A program made the translations under genes and the position numbers. DNA of 64,000 nucleotides from a virus (Duplodnaviria; Caudoviricetes): the IMG/VR virus record IMGVR_UViG_3300020036_001753, positions 26,847 through 90,846 of that record; one strand, given 5' to 3'. The notes beneath the pieces are model-generated. The model made no database searches. It was not told the DNA's origin and saw only the letters and a list, made by a program, of their open reading frames with translations. Of the stretch, positions 47,124 through 57,994 are shown piece by piece (position 1 is the stretch's first letter; every line of letters starts with the position of its first letter).

Positions 47124-49478
47124 ATGATTACAATAAACTTGCCGATACAAAGAAAATCATTAGCAGAAAAGCTTAAGATAGAGGGAGATGGCAAATATCC
47201 TACTTGGATAGTAGATACGTTTAGATATTACGCTGAAAATACAGATATGTTCGATTCTAGGAAACTAGAAATGAAAAAGTATTTAGATTTGATGGAAGGT
47301 AAAGTTGCTACAGGAGCTTATGAATCTGTAGAGAACCCAATACTAACAGAAGAAAGTACTTACAAAAAATATCCTGCTAAGATTCGTAATTATAACATCA
47401 TTAAACCTATTGTTGAGAGAAAGTTAGGAGAGCGTAGAGAGAGACCTGATACCACGCAAGTTGTTGCTTTGAATCCCGATTTTAATGAATTGAAAGATCA
47501 GAAAGATATGCTCTTTAAACAAGAGTTATCAAAGAGATTTACAAACGTGCTGAAGCAGCGTTCAATCCTACAGGGAACGGAAGAACAAGAACAAGACTTT
47601 AAAGAGATAGAAGATTCTTTACTTTCTTCTTACAATAAGCGTAAGGCTCGCAATGGTCAAACAACTATTGAAATTCTTAATCAAGATTTAAAGTTATTCG
47701 ATAAACTTCAAAAAGCTTATTACTATTATACTGTTGCAGGAGAAGCTTGTACTTACAAGGATGTTAGAAACGATGATATTTATTATGAAGTTCTAGATCC
47801 TACTACTGTGACGTTTTTTGGTTGGGATGATACAGTAACTGTCGGAGAAGATTGCCAAGCTGCTTTCAGAAGAGTTCGTATGAACCTTTCTAATATAGTT
47901 AGTAATTTTGATCTTACTGACGAACAAGTAGCTAGACTCGAAGAAATAATTGCAGATCAAAGAAATTCTGGAGCAAGACCTATAACCGTTGATAGTTATT
48001 ATGTAGATAATACAGGAAACACTACTACTCAATCTTATGAATATCCTTCTGATACATTTTTCGTTGAGGATTTAGCTTGGGTTTCTCAAGTTCAAAGAGG
48101 ATTGCTTTCTTATATGGATGAGCTTGGTCAAATAGCTTTGTTAGAAGTTGATGAACATTATAAGCTTAACAAAGAGGCTGGTGATATATCTATCAAATGG
48201 TATTGGGAAAATGAAGTATGGCAGTGTAGATGTATTAATTTGAATCTGTATGGTAAGAATCATGATGATTGTATTTTCTTCGATTATAGACCTACGACTG
48301 TACAACGAACTGAAATAAATAATAATAATAGCGTAAAGCTTCCCTTTAATTGTATTCGTAGGGGTTACGGACATGGAATTGATAGTGACGTTAAAACTGG
48401 CGAACCTTATAATAACTTATATAATATTCTACATTACCGCTTTGAACTCACATTAGCTAAAAGTAAAGATAAGCTTTTAGCTTTTCCTTTAGGTCTGATT
48501 CCTAATCAGAAAGGTTGGGATCTTGATCGCTGGATGTATAGTATCAATGCTTTCTCTATTCTATTTTTTAATGAACAATCTGAAAGAGCTTCATCTGCTA
48601 TCCAGGCTATTAAGGAAATTGATCTAAGTCTTAGTCAATTTATGATGGAAATGTGGAAGTTCATGCAAGAGATTAAGTTAGAAATGTGGGATGCAGTAGG
48701 TATGAACAGGCAGAGATATGGACAAATAGCCGCAAGTGATGGTAAAGCTACTACTGAACAAGCTTTGTTACAAGCTGCTGTTGCCGATTTGGAAAGCATT
48801 TCTCTTTTCGAATCTTTTAAGGATGTTGAATACAATGGTCTTATTGATTTCTCTAAGTTTGCTTGGATTTCTGGTAAACAGGGATTATATCGTAATAGTT
48901 TAGATCAAATAGTTGATTATCAGATTGAGGGTATTGAACATTTAGGAACAGAGTATGGAGTTTATACTACTTCTACCGTTGAAGAATACAAGCAACTTCA
49001 AGCTTTAAAATCATTATTGCAACCAATGCTGCAAAACGGTTTACCTTCGTCTATTGCTGCTGCTACGATTAAGGCTAAAAATATGGCTAAGGTTGAAGAA
49101 CTTTTAGATAAAGGAGAACGTCTTATACAAGAGCATGAGCAGCAAATGCAAGCGAGTCAAAAAGAACTTACTCAAATGCAGATTGATGCTGAGAATGCAA
49201 GAATAAAAGCAGAACAAGAATTGAAATTACTTATAGCTAGAGAAAAGAATTCTACAGAAATTGAAAAAGCTCTGATACTTAGTGATTCATTTAATGCTAA
49301 AGAAGGAGATTCTAGTGGAAACAGTGTTCCTGATTCTGTAGATATAGTAAATAGACACAATGAACGTATGCTTGCAGAACGAAAACAAAATGAAGTAGAG
49401 CGTTCTAATCAAGCTAAGGAAGCTCTAGCACAACAGAAATTAAAACAAGATGCAGCTAAGGCAGCATCATCTAAATAA
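47124..49478 (+). CDS. Portal protein
   Basis: 784 aa right after TerL; RNYNIIKPIV motif and C-terminal coiled coil as in crAss-like portals. Confidence 0.88.
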   Translation: MITINLPIQRKSLAEKLKIEGDGKYPTWIVDTFRYYAENTDMFDSRKLEMKKYLDLMEGKVATGAYESVENPILTEESTYKKYPAKIRNYNIIKPIVERKLGERRERPDTTQVVALNPDFNELKDQKDMLFKQELSKRFTNVLKQRSILQGTEEQEQDFKEIEDSLLSSYNKRKARNGQTTIEILNQDLKLFDKLQKAYYYYTVAGEACTYKDVRNDDIYYEVLDPTTVTFFGWDDTVTVGEDCQAAFRRVRMNLSNIVSNFDLTDEQVARLEEIIADQRNSGARPITVDSYYVDNTGNTTTQSYEYPSDTFFVEDLAWVSQVQRGLLSYMDELGQIALLEVDEHYKLNKEAGDISIKWYWENEVWQCRCINLNLYGKNHDDCIFFDYRPTTVQRTEINNNNSVKLPFNCIRRGYGHGIDSDVKTGEPYNNLYNILHYRFELTLAKSKDKLLAFPLGLIPNQKGWDLDRWMYSINAFSILFFNEQSERASSAIQAIKEIDLSLSQFMMEMWKFMQEIKLEMWDAVGMNRQRYGQIAASDGKATTEQALLQAAVADLESISLFESFKDVEYNGLIDFSKFAWISGKQGLYRNSLDQIVDYQIEGIEHLGTEYGVYTTSTVEEYKQLQALKSLLQPMLQNGLPSSIAAATIKAKNMAKVEELLDKGERLIQEHEQQMQASQKELTQMQIDAENARIKAEQELKLLIAREKNSTEIEKALILSDSFNAKEGDSSGNSVPDSVDIVNRHNERMLAERKQNEVERSNQAKEALAQQKLKQDAAKAASSK

Positions 49479-49504
49479 TTATTAATTTTCTTAACACAAT
49501 TTTT

Positions 49505-50680
49505 ATGCCAACAGATAATAATGGAATAACGTCACTAGGTGATGTTAGTTTTAATCCAACTGCTACATCTGGCACTGTTACACCTCCTGCTCCGGATGCA
49601 GAACAAATCGCTGTACTGCCTGTAGTACCTCCAGTTGCTGAGCCTGTAGTAACTACAGATACTCCTAATCCAGCCGCTCCTAATGCTACCGACGATCCTG
49701 ATGGATATGAAGTACGGGATGGAGATTTGTATCAAGGAGATACTTTGATTAGAGTAGCTGGAGAATTCACAATTGACGAAGAGACTTCTGAAGTAGAACT
49801 TATTGATATTAATCCTGTATCAAAAGCTATATCTGCTTTAAAGGATAGCTATGATTTTCCTGAAGAGTTTACTGAACAGATTACGAAAGGTAGTTTAAAA
49901 GACGATGATGCTATTATTGCACTTGTTGAAGAAGTTGGTAGACAAGAATCAATAAACGCTATTGTAGAATTGTATAATACCTATGGGGAGTTGAAAGACT
50001 TGGCTTTGGCTATTGAGGCAGGTAAGGATATAAAAGAGTATTATATTCAAAAGGCGCAAGCAACTTCGTATAAAGAAGTTAACTTTGATGAACTACCGAT
50101 TGAGAAACAGCAAGAGATTGCCATTACGAGTTTGATGACTGTTAATAACATGGATAGGGCAACGGCTACTGAAATGATTAATTTAATGGTTGATAACAAA
50201 TCCTTTGAAACTAGAGGTAAAGGCTTCTTTGATAAATTGCAACAGTGGGAAGCTGTAAAAGTTCAGGAAGAAAGAGAGACTTTGCGTAAGCAAGCCGAAG
50301 CCAAAAGGGATGATACAGTAAAGTACTGGAATCAAGTTAAAGAAATTGTTACTGATGGTAAGCTTGGTACTTTTACAATTCCTGAAAAAGACAGAGACGC
50401 TTTCTTTAATTGGCAAAGTAAAGCTGTTGATAAGCAAGGCAATAGCCAATCCACACTAGATTACAATGCTTTAAGTCTAGCTGAACGAATTCAGTTAGAT
50501 TTTTTAAGATATAAAAAGTTTAACCTTACAGAACTTGTAGACAAAGCTGCTACCACTAAGCATGCTGCTGCGATTGAAAGACGGAAGGTTCAGTTAAAAA
50601 TGAAGGGAACTGGAGGTAGTAATCCTAAAACCATTGTTAATAATGGAGCAGGAATAAAATCTCTTAGTGATCTGGCTTAG
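49505..50680 (+). CDS. Acidic scaffold-like protein
   Basis: 391 aa, Pro/acidic N-terminus, between portal and MCP. Confidence 0.6.
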   Translation: MPTDNNGITSLGDVSFNPTATSGTVTPPAPDAEQIAVLPVVPPVAEPVVTTDTPNPAAPNATDDPDGYEVRDGDLYQGDTLIRVAGEFTIDEETSEVELIDINPVSKAISALKDSYDFPEEFTEQITKGSLKDDDAIIALVEEVGRQESINAIVELYNTYGELKDLALAIEAGKDIKEYYIQKAQATSYKEVNFDELPIEKQQEIAITSLMTVNNMDRATATEMINLMVDNKSFETRGKGFFDKLQQWEAVKVQEERETLRKQAEAKRDDTVKYWNQVKEIVTDGKLGTFTIPEKDRDAFFNWQSKAVDKQGNSQSTLDYNALSLAERIQLDFLRYKKFNLTELVDKAATTKHAAAIERRKVQLKMKGTGGSNPKTIVNNGAGIKSLSDLA

Positions 50681-50721
50681 TATTAATCACATTTTATTAA
50701 CACATTTATTAATTACAAAGT

Positions 50722-52218
50722 ATGTCGACTTTTCAAGAAAATTCTATCGTCATTCATGAAAGCTTTGATGGTACGGGTTTCACAGATCAGAGCGCATTAG
50801 TTAGAGCATCTATGGATAGCCCTACTAATCTAACTGATATTATTACATACCTTTTTGGTAATTGGAAAGCTACAGCAGATAGATTTCCACTTCTGTTTAA
50901 TACAGAAGGACAAGCTGGAGGTATGTATGGTATTCCGATTCAAGATATTCAGTATGAATATCCTATTATCGGTAAGCAAAAGACTAGTGAACTGGTAGCA
51001 ATTTCAGCTTACACTTCTACTGAAAAACCTGGTTATGGTAGGAGTTTAATCTACGTTGTCTTTCAAAATCGTTGGTTCCCACCTCAAGCGACTATTAGAT
51101 CAACTAATGGTTATTCTGCTCAAGTAGTTGGAGAACCTGTTCAAGTTCCGCAAGGTTGGAAATATTGCTTGCAGCATTACACACCCGATTACGATTTCTA
51201 TATTCCTTACACAGAGTTTCTCGCTGGTACTGTTTGGGGTAGAGTCGGTGGTAGCCCGGTTACTCAATCCAGATCTACTGGTAATTGGCAGCCTCATCAG
51301 AATCCTGGTAAGCGTAAAAATCAGATTAGCGTTCTTCGTGAATCTTTCCGTTTGGGAGGTAATATCAAGAATAAGAAGGTTGCTGAATTTATGCTTAATA
51401 ACAAAAATGGTGGCGCTACTAAACTCTTTTTGAGTTGGGTTGAAATGCAGCATTATATTACGATGCGGGAAAAGAAAGAAGAACATCTTTGGTTTAGCGA
51501 ATACACAAGGGATGCTCAAGGGCAAAACTTGCACGTTGACCCAAATCTTAATCAAATCATTCCCGTTGGCGCAGGTCTGAAGCAACAAATTCCTAATCAC
51601 GATACTTATACTTCTTTGACAGAAGGTAGGATTAAAACCATTCTTGGCGACGTGTTTAGAGGTACTACTGATACTAACATGATGGATATTGTTATCTATT
51701 GTGGTCAGGGTTTCCGTGAAGAATTTGATAATGCTATCAAAGATAGCCGGTTGTTTACTTTGGCTATTCAGTCCACTGGTGATAAGTTTATTCGTTCTAT
51801 TGGAGATAACCTTCAACTTGGCGGATACTTCACTTCTTACCGTCACGTTGATGGTCACGTTGTAACTTTGAAAGCCTTGCCTTTGCTTGACGTTGGTGGT
51901 TACGCTGACATTTCTCCTAGACACCCAGTTTCTGGTCGTCCTATGAGTTCTTATGAAGCGTTCTTTATTGACCACTCTCGTTATGATGGAATACCGAACG
52001 TACAGCTTATCCATGAAGAAGGCAGAGCGGAAATTCGTGGTATCCATCAAGGTATGACTCTTGTAGGTGACTTTATGTCTTATAAAGGTAATAACGAAGA
52101 TTCTTTGCTTAACCTTGCTACAGAGAAAGATGAATCCAGCCTGCATATGCTTTGTACTTGCGGTGTTCAAATGAGGAGAGATACTCACTCCTTTGCACTG
52201 TCAATGACTGTTTCTTAA
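50722..52218 (+). CDS. Major capsid protein, crAss-like
   Basis: 498 aa, high-expression codon style, position after portal/scaffold; RKNQISVLRES, GAGLKQQI and YRHVDGHVVT blocks. Confidence 0.88.
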   Translation: MSTFQENSIVIHESFDGTGFTDQSALVRASMDSPTNLTDIITYLFGNWKATADRFPLLFNTEGQAGGMYGIPIQDIQYEYPIIGKQKTSELVAISAYTSTEKPGYGRSLIYVVFQNRWFPPQATIRSTNGYSAQVVGEPVQVPQGWKYCLQHYTPDYDFYIPYTEFLAGTVWGRVGGSPVTQSRSTGNWQPHQNPGKRKNQISVLRESFRLGGNIKNKKVAEFMLNNKNGGATKLFLSWVEMQHYITMREKKEEHLWFSEYTRDAQGQNLHVDPNLNQIIPVGAGLKQQIPNHDTYTSLTEGRIKTILGDVFRGTTDTNMMDIVIYCGQGFREEFDNAIKDSRLFTLAIQSTGDKFIRSIGDNLQLGGYFTSYRHVDGHVVTLKALPLLDVGGYADISPRHPVSGRPMSSYEAFFIDHSRYDGIPNVQLIHEEGRAEIRGIHQGMTLVGDFMSYKGNNEDSLLNLATEKDESSLHMLCTCGVQMRRDTHSFALSMTVS

Positions 52219-52236
52219 TATTTAAAAAATACAACA

Positions 52237-53175
52237 ATGGATACTAAACCACTAACAGAAGGTGCTGTCCAAGTCACAGTGACTCGCAGTGCTACTTTGA
52301 AAAGAGCTAAAACTACTTCCATACTTCCTGAAGTTGGAGTAGAAAATTCTGCGGAACACTACGTACAAAGATTAGGTGCTTCTTTTTTAAAGGGCACTAC
52401 AAGGCAACTTGGAAGAGATTTATTCTCTTACGAAGTAGAAAAAGAACTAATGCCGCAACTGGTGGGAGTTGAACCTACGCATCCTGAATGGAATAAACTC
52501 GTGGATGCTTATTGGATTAATTACTCGTTATTGGTGCCGCTTGAAGGCAAGCCTTTGAATATTACTACGGATTATACTAATCCCGATTTAGCTAATACAG
52601 CTGACTTTACAAATCCTATGTGGTTTCGTACAGCGTCTTTGGCAGCAATCGGTAATCCGCATAATATTTCAGATTTGGTTTGCTATGTTTATGCTCTTCG
52701 TCATTCCCATGTTGCAAACAGTCGTTCTGACATTTCCAAGTCAAATAAGATTCAGTTTTATCTATGGTCTAAAGAAGAGGAAATCAAAGCTTCTTCTGCA
52801 CGACGTAAGCTTTTAGATCAAGCTACAATTGTGCGTTTAGAGATGGTATCAGATCGCTCGAAAGTTAGAGCGGTATTAGCTATGGGTAACTACAGCTATA
52901 CTGGTGCAATTGATGAACAAGATAACTTGTTAGCTAAGTATTGCGAAACTAATCCGCAAGAGTTTATTCTTTATGCGACAGATAGTAAGCTACTTATGAA
53001 AGCGTTTGTTATGCAGTGTATTAATAAGGGGATATTGATTAGACCTGAAAATACTTCTTTAGTTTTCTATAAGGATATTAAATTGGGAGATAACTTGGAT
53101 CAAACAGTAGCTTTCCTTGAGGATGCTGCTAATGTTCAGATCAAACAAGCTTTACAGCAATTAAACAAAGGTTAA
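52237..53175 (+). CDS. Conserved crAss-like structural/assembly protein
   Basis: 312 aa immediately after MCP. Confidence 0.65.
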   Translation: MDTKPLTEGAVQVTVTRSATLKRAKTTSILPEVGVENSAEHYVQRLGASFLKGTTRQLGRDLFSYEVEKELMPQLVGVEPTHPEWNKLVDAYWINYSLLVPLEGKPLNITTDYTNPDLANTADFTNPMWFRTASLAAIGNPHNISDLVCYVYALRHSHVANSRSDISKSNKIQFYLWSKEEEIKASSARRKLLDQATIVRLEMVSDRSKVRAVLAMGNYSYTGAIDEQDNLLAKYCETNPQEFILYATDSKLLMKAFVMQCINKGILIRPENTSLVFYKDIKLGDNLDQTVAFLEDAANVQIKQALQQLNKG

Positions 53176-53187
53176 AATAACTAAGCC

Positions 53188-54309
53188 ATGACGATTGGGG
53201 AAATGCATATAGACTTAGCTTTGAAGCTGAGAAAAATAGGACTTGAGGTTTACGATCAATACGAGCCTGAAGAGGTCGATTGGATTCTCAATGAACATCA
53301 ATATCGCTTTGTACGTTATTGTGCAAATCCTAAATCTAATGAAAGACAAGAAGGATTTCAATTTACCCAATACCGTTTAGATAGTTTAGAGGAACTGTTA
53401 ACTAAAACAAATCTTCCAGTCTTTTATAGGGATGCTAGAAGCGTTTATGCTGACCTTCCTTTAGACTATCTTGAACTGGTAAATGATAGAACTTGGGTTT
53501 GTCCTTGTGATACACCTTCTGTTACTGGTACCTCCGCTATTGTTTATAACTATGCTCTTGGACTTTTCCTAAGTAGATTTGTTCCTGAAGAAGAAGGGGA
53601 TGAACCTACTTTAATAGGATTTAATCTGATAGCTAATGTAACTATTGATGGAAGTCCTACTATTATTACGCTTTTTACAGCAGATGACTATTTTATTAAT
53701 CCTATTACAGAAGCAGATGTAAGTATGTTTGTTACAACTGCTTTGCAAGTTGCTAACTCTGTTGGCGCTCCCTATAATATTCAGGTGTATTATGAGAACT
53801 ACGGTACTCTTCAATATCCTGGACAATTTATTATAGTGGATACTAGTACAGAAGATCCTACGTTAACAGGAGCAACTACGCAATCTGATGGATTTAGAGA
53901 CGACATAACGTTAGCAGTACCCATTAATCGTACTGGGTATGCTTACACTAATTGTTCTCAAATGGTAGAAAGAGACAATCGTCTTACTAAGACTGAAGAT
54001 ATTTATAGAATACTTCAAGATAGTTTTGGTAGAACTGATGTCGATTCTCCTGTATCTGCGATGGAAAGAGGAACTCTTATTGTTTATCATGATGATCGTT
54101 TTGGTGTTAGTTCTATAAGTATTGAATATATCCGCAATCCTAGATTAATGAGTTACGCTAATAGTATTAGTTGTGAGTTAGGTTCTAGGGCTGGGACTAA
54201 ATATGATATTTGTAGACAAATTGTGGATTCTGCTGTAAGCTCGATAGCGGCACGAATTGCTGCTGACAATGTTCAATTACAATTTATTAATAATTTAAAA
54301 TCCGAATAA
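53188..54309 (+). CDS. Tail ring / head-tail connector protein
   Basis: MTIGEMH..YEPEEVDWILN..SIEYIRNPR..CEL pattern as recalled for crAss ring proteins. Confidence 0.65.
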   Translation: MTIGEMHIDLALKLRKIGLEVYDQYEPEEVDWILNEHQYRFVRYCANPKSNERQEGFQFTQYRLDSLEELLTKTNLPVFYRDARSVYADLPLDYLELVNDRTWVCPCDTPSVTGTSAIVYNYALGLFLSRFVPEEEGDEPTLIGFNLIANVTIDGSPTIITLFTADDYFINPITEADVSMFVTTALQVANSVGAPYNIQVYYENYGTLQYPGQFIIVDTSTEDPTLTGATTQSDGFRDDITLAVPINRTGYAYTNCSQMVERDNRLTKTEDIYRILQDSFGRTDVDSPVSAMERGTLIVYHDDRFGVSSISIEYIRNPRLMSYANSISCELGSRAGTKYDICRQIVDSAVSSIAARIAADNVQLQFINNLKSE

Positions 54310-54310
54310 G

Positions 54311-55276
54311 ATGACACAGAGTGTTATTGTTGCAAATCACGCTACTTATGGAAGTGGTGTCAATTTTGCAAATCCGATTGCTGCTGCGTTTGACAACCTT
54401 GCTGTTGGTGCTTTGCTCATCATTACTGATACCAATAAAATGGTGAAGATTGATGGCACTTTGACTAGTGGTAGTTTGGCAGATGTTAAACGTTTTGGAT
54501 TTGTCATAGGTAATGCAGCCGGTCGTAATAATAGAATTGCGGCTTGGGTTGACAAAAACCTTATTCATTATGAATACAAAGCAGGTGCCGCAGGAGTTAA
54601 GCAATTGAGTTTTGTTGGAGACAATGGAACTACTGGCGATTTTAACGAACCTGTATCTCTTGTTGTAGGCGACGAAGCTGAATTGGTAATTCATAATATT
54701 ACTAGTGGCGTATATGCTACGAATCAAATTGAGCGTTATACTTATGTAGTACAGACTGGTGATGCTATCACTGATGTTGCTACTGCATTGGTTGCTCTCG
54801 TAAATGCTAATACGAATTCAATCGTTACAGCAACCGATAACACTACCGGTATTGAATTGGAAGCTAAGGCTGTTGGTACTGTATTTCAAGTAGGTGCTGG
54901 TGGAATTCTTTCTGCTGCTACTATTACGCAAGATGGTACTAATAACTCCCTCCGCCCTACACTTGGAGTAGGTACTTTGGATATTGTTACCAAAGAACTT
55001 AAAGAAGGTGAAATTGCTTTTGGAGACGCTTTCAGAACCAAGAATCATTCAGGCTACTATGTGGCTGATATGGCCGGAACTGCAGGAAATGCTCCTTACG
55101 CTTGCGCTACGTTTACTTGGAAAACTGAAGTACGTCCTGTTGGCACTGTAATTGACGTAGCTACGCCACGTCTTGTTCTTTACGGACCGTCAGGACTTAT
55201 TAGTACCGTTATTAACGATGTTATCGTTCCTGATACTTTTGAATATCAAGCATCAACTGAAGCTGGAGTAGTATAA
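54311..55276 (+). CDS. Structural protein, probable auxiliary capsid protein
   Basis: 321 aa, G/A/T/V-rich, MCP-like codon style; assignment by synteny only. Confidence 0.5.
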   Translation: MTQSVIVANHATYGSGVNFANPIAAAFDNLAVGALLIITDTNKMVKIDGTLTSGSLADVKRFGFVIGNAAGRNNRIAAWVDKNLIHYEYKAGAAGVKQLSFVGDNGTTGDFNEPVSLVVGDEAELVIHNITSGVYATNQIERYTYVVQTGDAITDVATALVALVNANTNSIVTATDNTTGIELEAKAVGTVFQVGAGGILSAATITQDGTNNSLRPTLGVGTLDIVTKELKEGEIAFGDAFRTKNHSGYYVADMAGTAGNAPYACATFTWKTEVRPVGTVIDVATPRLVLYGPSGLISTVINDVIVPDTFEYQASTEAGVV

Positions 55277-56880
55277 TGATTTACAGATTCAAACCCTTAC
55301 AAAGTAGCGTTCCGGCTGATCCTTGTGATCAGTCGGCAACGCTATTTGACTATGAAGGTGTGTCTTTAGACCTCCTTATAGAAGTGGATGGTACAGAAAT
55401 CTATAGTGGAGAGTATAACGACGCTATGCTCGCATCTGTTCTTACAGGGACGGGTTTGGCTGTTGAACTTTCTGTAGAAGACGGTGTTGAAACTGGAGTT
55501 GTAGTTAAACTAGAAATTCCTTTGGTCAACATTAACGATACTGCATCTGTCCGTATTAAGCTTTCAAATGAGGATTACAAAACCTTCGATACTACTTTTA
55601 CAGTATTTGGTTATGATCTTGGTAATAATGAGGATGTTGCTGTAAACATTACAACTAATCCAGATATGGATATAATGCTGCTTCCTCTTACTACTACAGA
55701 TTATACTTATGCTAAGATGGTAGCTTATCGTAAGCCTGATACTAGTCGTATATATTATTATAATCTTACTAATAGTAGAGGAACTTCACTGTTCCAAGAT
55801 TATAGTAATAACTTTCTGTCTTATGGTAATAGTATGGTAGATAATTGTGAGACACTTAGGATTGTGCAATTAGCTAATCTTTATGAAACAGCTAATGGTG
55901 CTTATAGTCCTTCTTGTCCTACAGAGCCTATTTATTATTGTAGTGCAAATCAAGTAGTAGATGCGCTAGTAGTAAAACCGACTCTAGTTCCTGTAGTATC
56001 TACAGTTAATCCTAATTGTGAGGATTGTGCTTGTAGTGCTGTAGATGATAGTAATGTAACTTTACCGTTTGATGTAGATCAACTTGCACTCTTTTATAAA
56101 GATGATGTACAAGTTCCTCCTTATTCAATTATAGAAGTAACTTATACGTTAAAGACGCTAGATGGAACTGAAATTGGTACTGCATTAAGAAATCTTGATC
56201 TTGACGATATTATTACTAATGGTTTTAATATCAATGATACTCTTTGGAATCTTCCTACAATGGATTACGATAAGATTTACATACTAGAAATGGTAGCTAT
56301 CGTTAGTCCTACAGCTAATACTATATGGTTTACTTGTACTACTGAAACTACGATTGTTCCTTGTTCTTATACAGAACTTAAAGAGACAGCTTGTGGCGAA
56401 TATACCATAGAGAATTACGAGGAAGAAACTATGAGTGTTGTAGTTAATAAACTAATTAAGATTGTAGCAGAAGTTCCTGAAGTAACTGAAATTGAGACTT
56501 TTACTGTACTTGCTTCGGCAACACATGATTTTACTTTAACTGATCCTGGAGTATATTTGATTGAAATTACTAAGGGTGAAGTTAGTTATACAAGAGTTGT
56601 TTTTAATCTTTGTGAAATTAAACAATGTTTTCTTACAAATATGCAGAATATTCTATGTAATAGCTTAGATGACTGCGGTTGTAACAAAACTAAAATTGGT
56701 AATGCTCAATATAATCAACAGGCATTTATAACACAGTATTTTCTATTGCTTGCTTATATGAATAACGTTTATATAACGAATTGGATATTTGAGACTATAG
56801 ATACTACTATGTTTACTAACTTGTTTAATATTTCAAAGATTATAGATAACTTGACTAAATATTGTGAAACTTGCGAATAG
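55276..56880 (+). CDS. Structural protein, acidic with Cys clusters
   Basis: 534 aa, TAATG overlap, CEDCAC and CNSLDDCGC motifs. Confidence 0.6.
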   Translation: MIYRFKPLQSSVPADPCDQSATLFDYEGVSLDLLIEVDGTEIYSGEYNDAMLASVLTGTGLAVELSVEDGVETGVVVKLEIPLVNINDTASVRIKLSNEDYKTFDTTFTVFGYDLGNNEDVAVNITTNPDMDIMLLPLTTTDYTYAKMVAYRKPDTSRIYYYNLTNSRGTSLFQDYSNNFLSYGNSMVDNCETLRIVQLANLYETANGAYSPSCPTEPIYYCSANQVVDALVVKPTLVPVVSTVNPNCEDCACSAVDDSNVTLPFDVDQLALFYKDDVQVPPYSIIEVTYTLKTLDGTEIGTALRNLDLDDIITNGFNINDTLWNLPTMDYDKIYILEMVAIVSPTANTIWFTCTTETTIVPCSYTELKETACGEYTIENYEEETMSVVVNKLIKIVAEVPEVTEIETFTVLASATHDFTLTDPGVYLIEITKGEVSYTRVVFNLCEIKQCFLTNMQNILCNSLDDCGCNKTKIGNAQYNQQAFITQYFLLLAYMNNVYITNWIFETIDTTMFTNLFNISKIIDNLTKYCETCE

Positions 56881-56883
56881 CTT

Positions 56884-57276
56884 ATGAATACTCTATTTAG
56901 TCCGTTCTATATTCCTAATGAGGTTAATGTTTTAATTAGTGATGTGTTTTCCGCTATGAAAACATCTATTACTACGACTCTATTCAAACAAATAAAAGTC
57001 GAAAAGATACGAGGAATTGCGGAAGAAGATGCTATAAAAGCTGCTGACCTTTTGTTCATCGTTGTGTTTTTCGTTTACTGTTACAATGAGATAACGTCTC
57101 CCTTTAAAACAAAGGGGGACGTTTCTTATTACTATGAACTGTTTAAGATCGAAGAAATTGCTGAATGCTTAGCTTGTAAAGATATTGATTTAATAGCTAT
57201 ATGGAAAGCAAGTGGTATTGAAGATATTATAACTAGTACCCCTACTGTAAGACAGACTAATTACTGCAACTGTTAA
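56884..57276 (+). CDS. Hypothetical late protein
   Basis: 130 aa, ECLACKD. Confidence 0.6.
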   Translation: MNTLFSPFYIPNEVNVLISDVFSAMKTSITTTLFKQIKVEKIRGIAEEDAIKAADLLFIVVFFVYCYNEITSPFKTKGDVSYYYELFKIEEIAECLACKDIDLIAIWKASGIEDIITSTPTVRQTNYCNC

Positions 57277-57301
57277 GAAATCAAATTATAATCTAACTTA
57301 C

Positions 57302-57970
57302 ATGACAGAAGATATTAATCTTGGACTTGTTGCTCTTGTAGTAACATTACTTGGGCTTTTGATAGCGGTTGTGAAAGATAATCGCTTATTGGAATCTATT
57401 ATTGCTAGATTGACTAGTTTTATTAATCCATCTGCGCCAAAACTTAGTTTAAAGAATTTGAGTAATCATAATCTATTTATTAAGCTACAGTATTATATAG
57501 ATACTAACAATAGGCTTTATGATTATCTATTAGAAAGCCCTGAAAAAAGAAAGTTATTTTATGCCTATACTTCTGTAATATCTAAGCATTTTTATAACTT
57601 TGCACTTAAACTAGTTACTAAAGATGTTATTAAGAAGGACGATCAGGAACTAAGAGCGTTTATTTTAAAAGAATTTACGCTAACGTTTAATAACATTGAT
57701 GAAGAATTCAAAGTAAAATTGGTAGCTATACATAATGATGCTGCTAAAATTGATATAGTTATCAAAAAATTAGCAGAATGGCGTAACGCTAACTTAGCTA
57801 TAATCATTCAAAACGTCGATTTGATTACAACTACACCAAGTTATGCAAGTAACTTATATAAAATTGATACTTTGTTTTCTATCTATCTGCTTGGTGTAGA
57901 TTTGTTGTTTATAAATAGTATTGATTCATTTAATAAGCTTAACGGTCAGCTTGATGATTTTATTATTTAA
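57302..57970 (+). CDS. Membrane protein, possible holin-like
   Basis: Single N-terminal TM plus soluble helical domain, in the late operon. Confidence 0.4.
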   Translation: MTEDINLGLVALVVTLLGLLIAVVKDNRLLESIIARLTSFINPSAPKLSLKNLSNHNLFIKLQYYIDTNNRLYDYLLESPEKRKLFYAYTSVISKHFYNFALKLVTKDVIKKDDQELRAFILKEFTLTFNNIDEEFKVKLVAIHNDAAKIDIVIKKLAEWRNANLAIIIQNVDLITTTPSYASNLYKIDTLFSIYLLGVDLLFINSIDSFNKLNGQLDDFII

Positions 57971-57994
57971 TATCAAGTTATAATAATATAAGTA

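Noticed and set aside
51100-52188. 362-aa antisense ORF within the MCP gene
   Set aside because: Best explained as a codon-bias shadow of a highly expressed gene; no motifs or expression signals.
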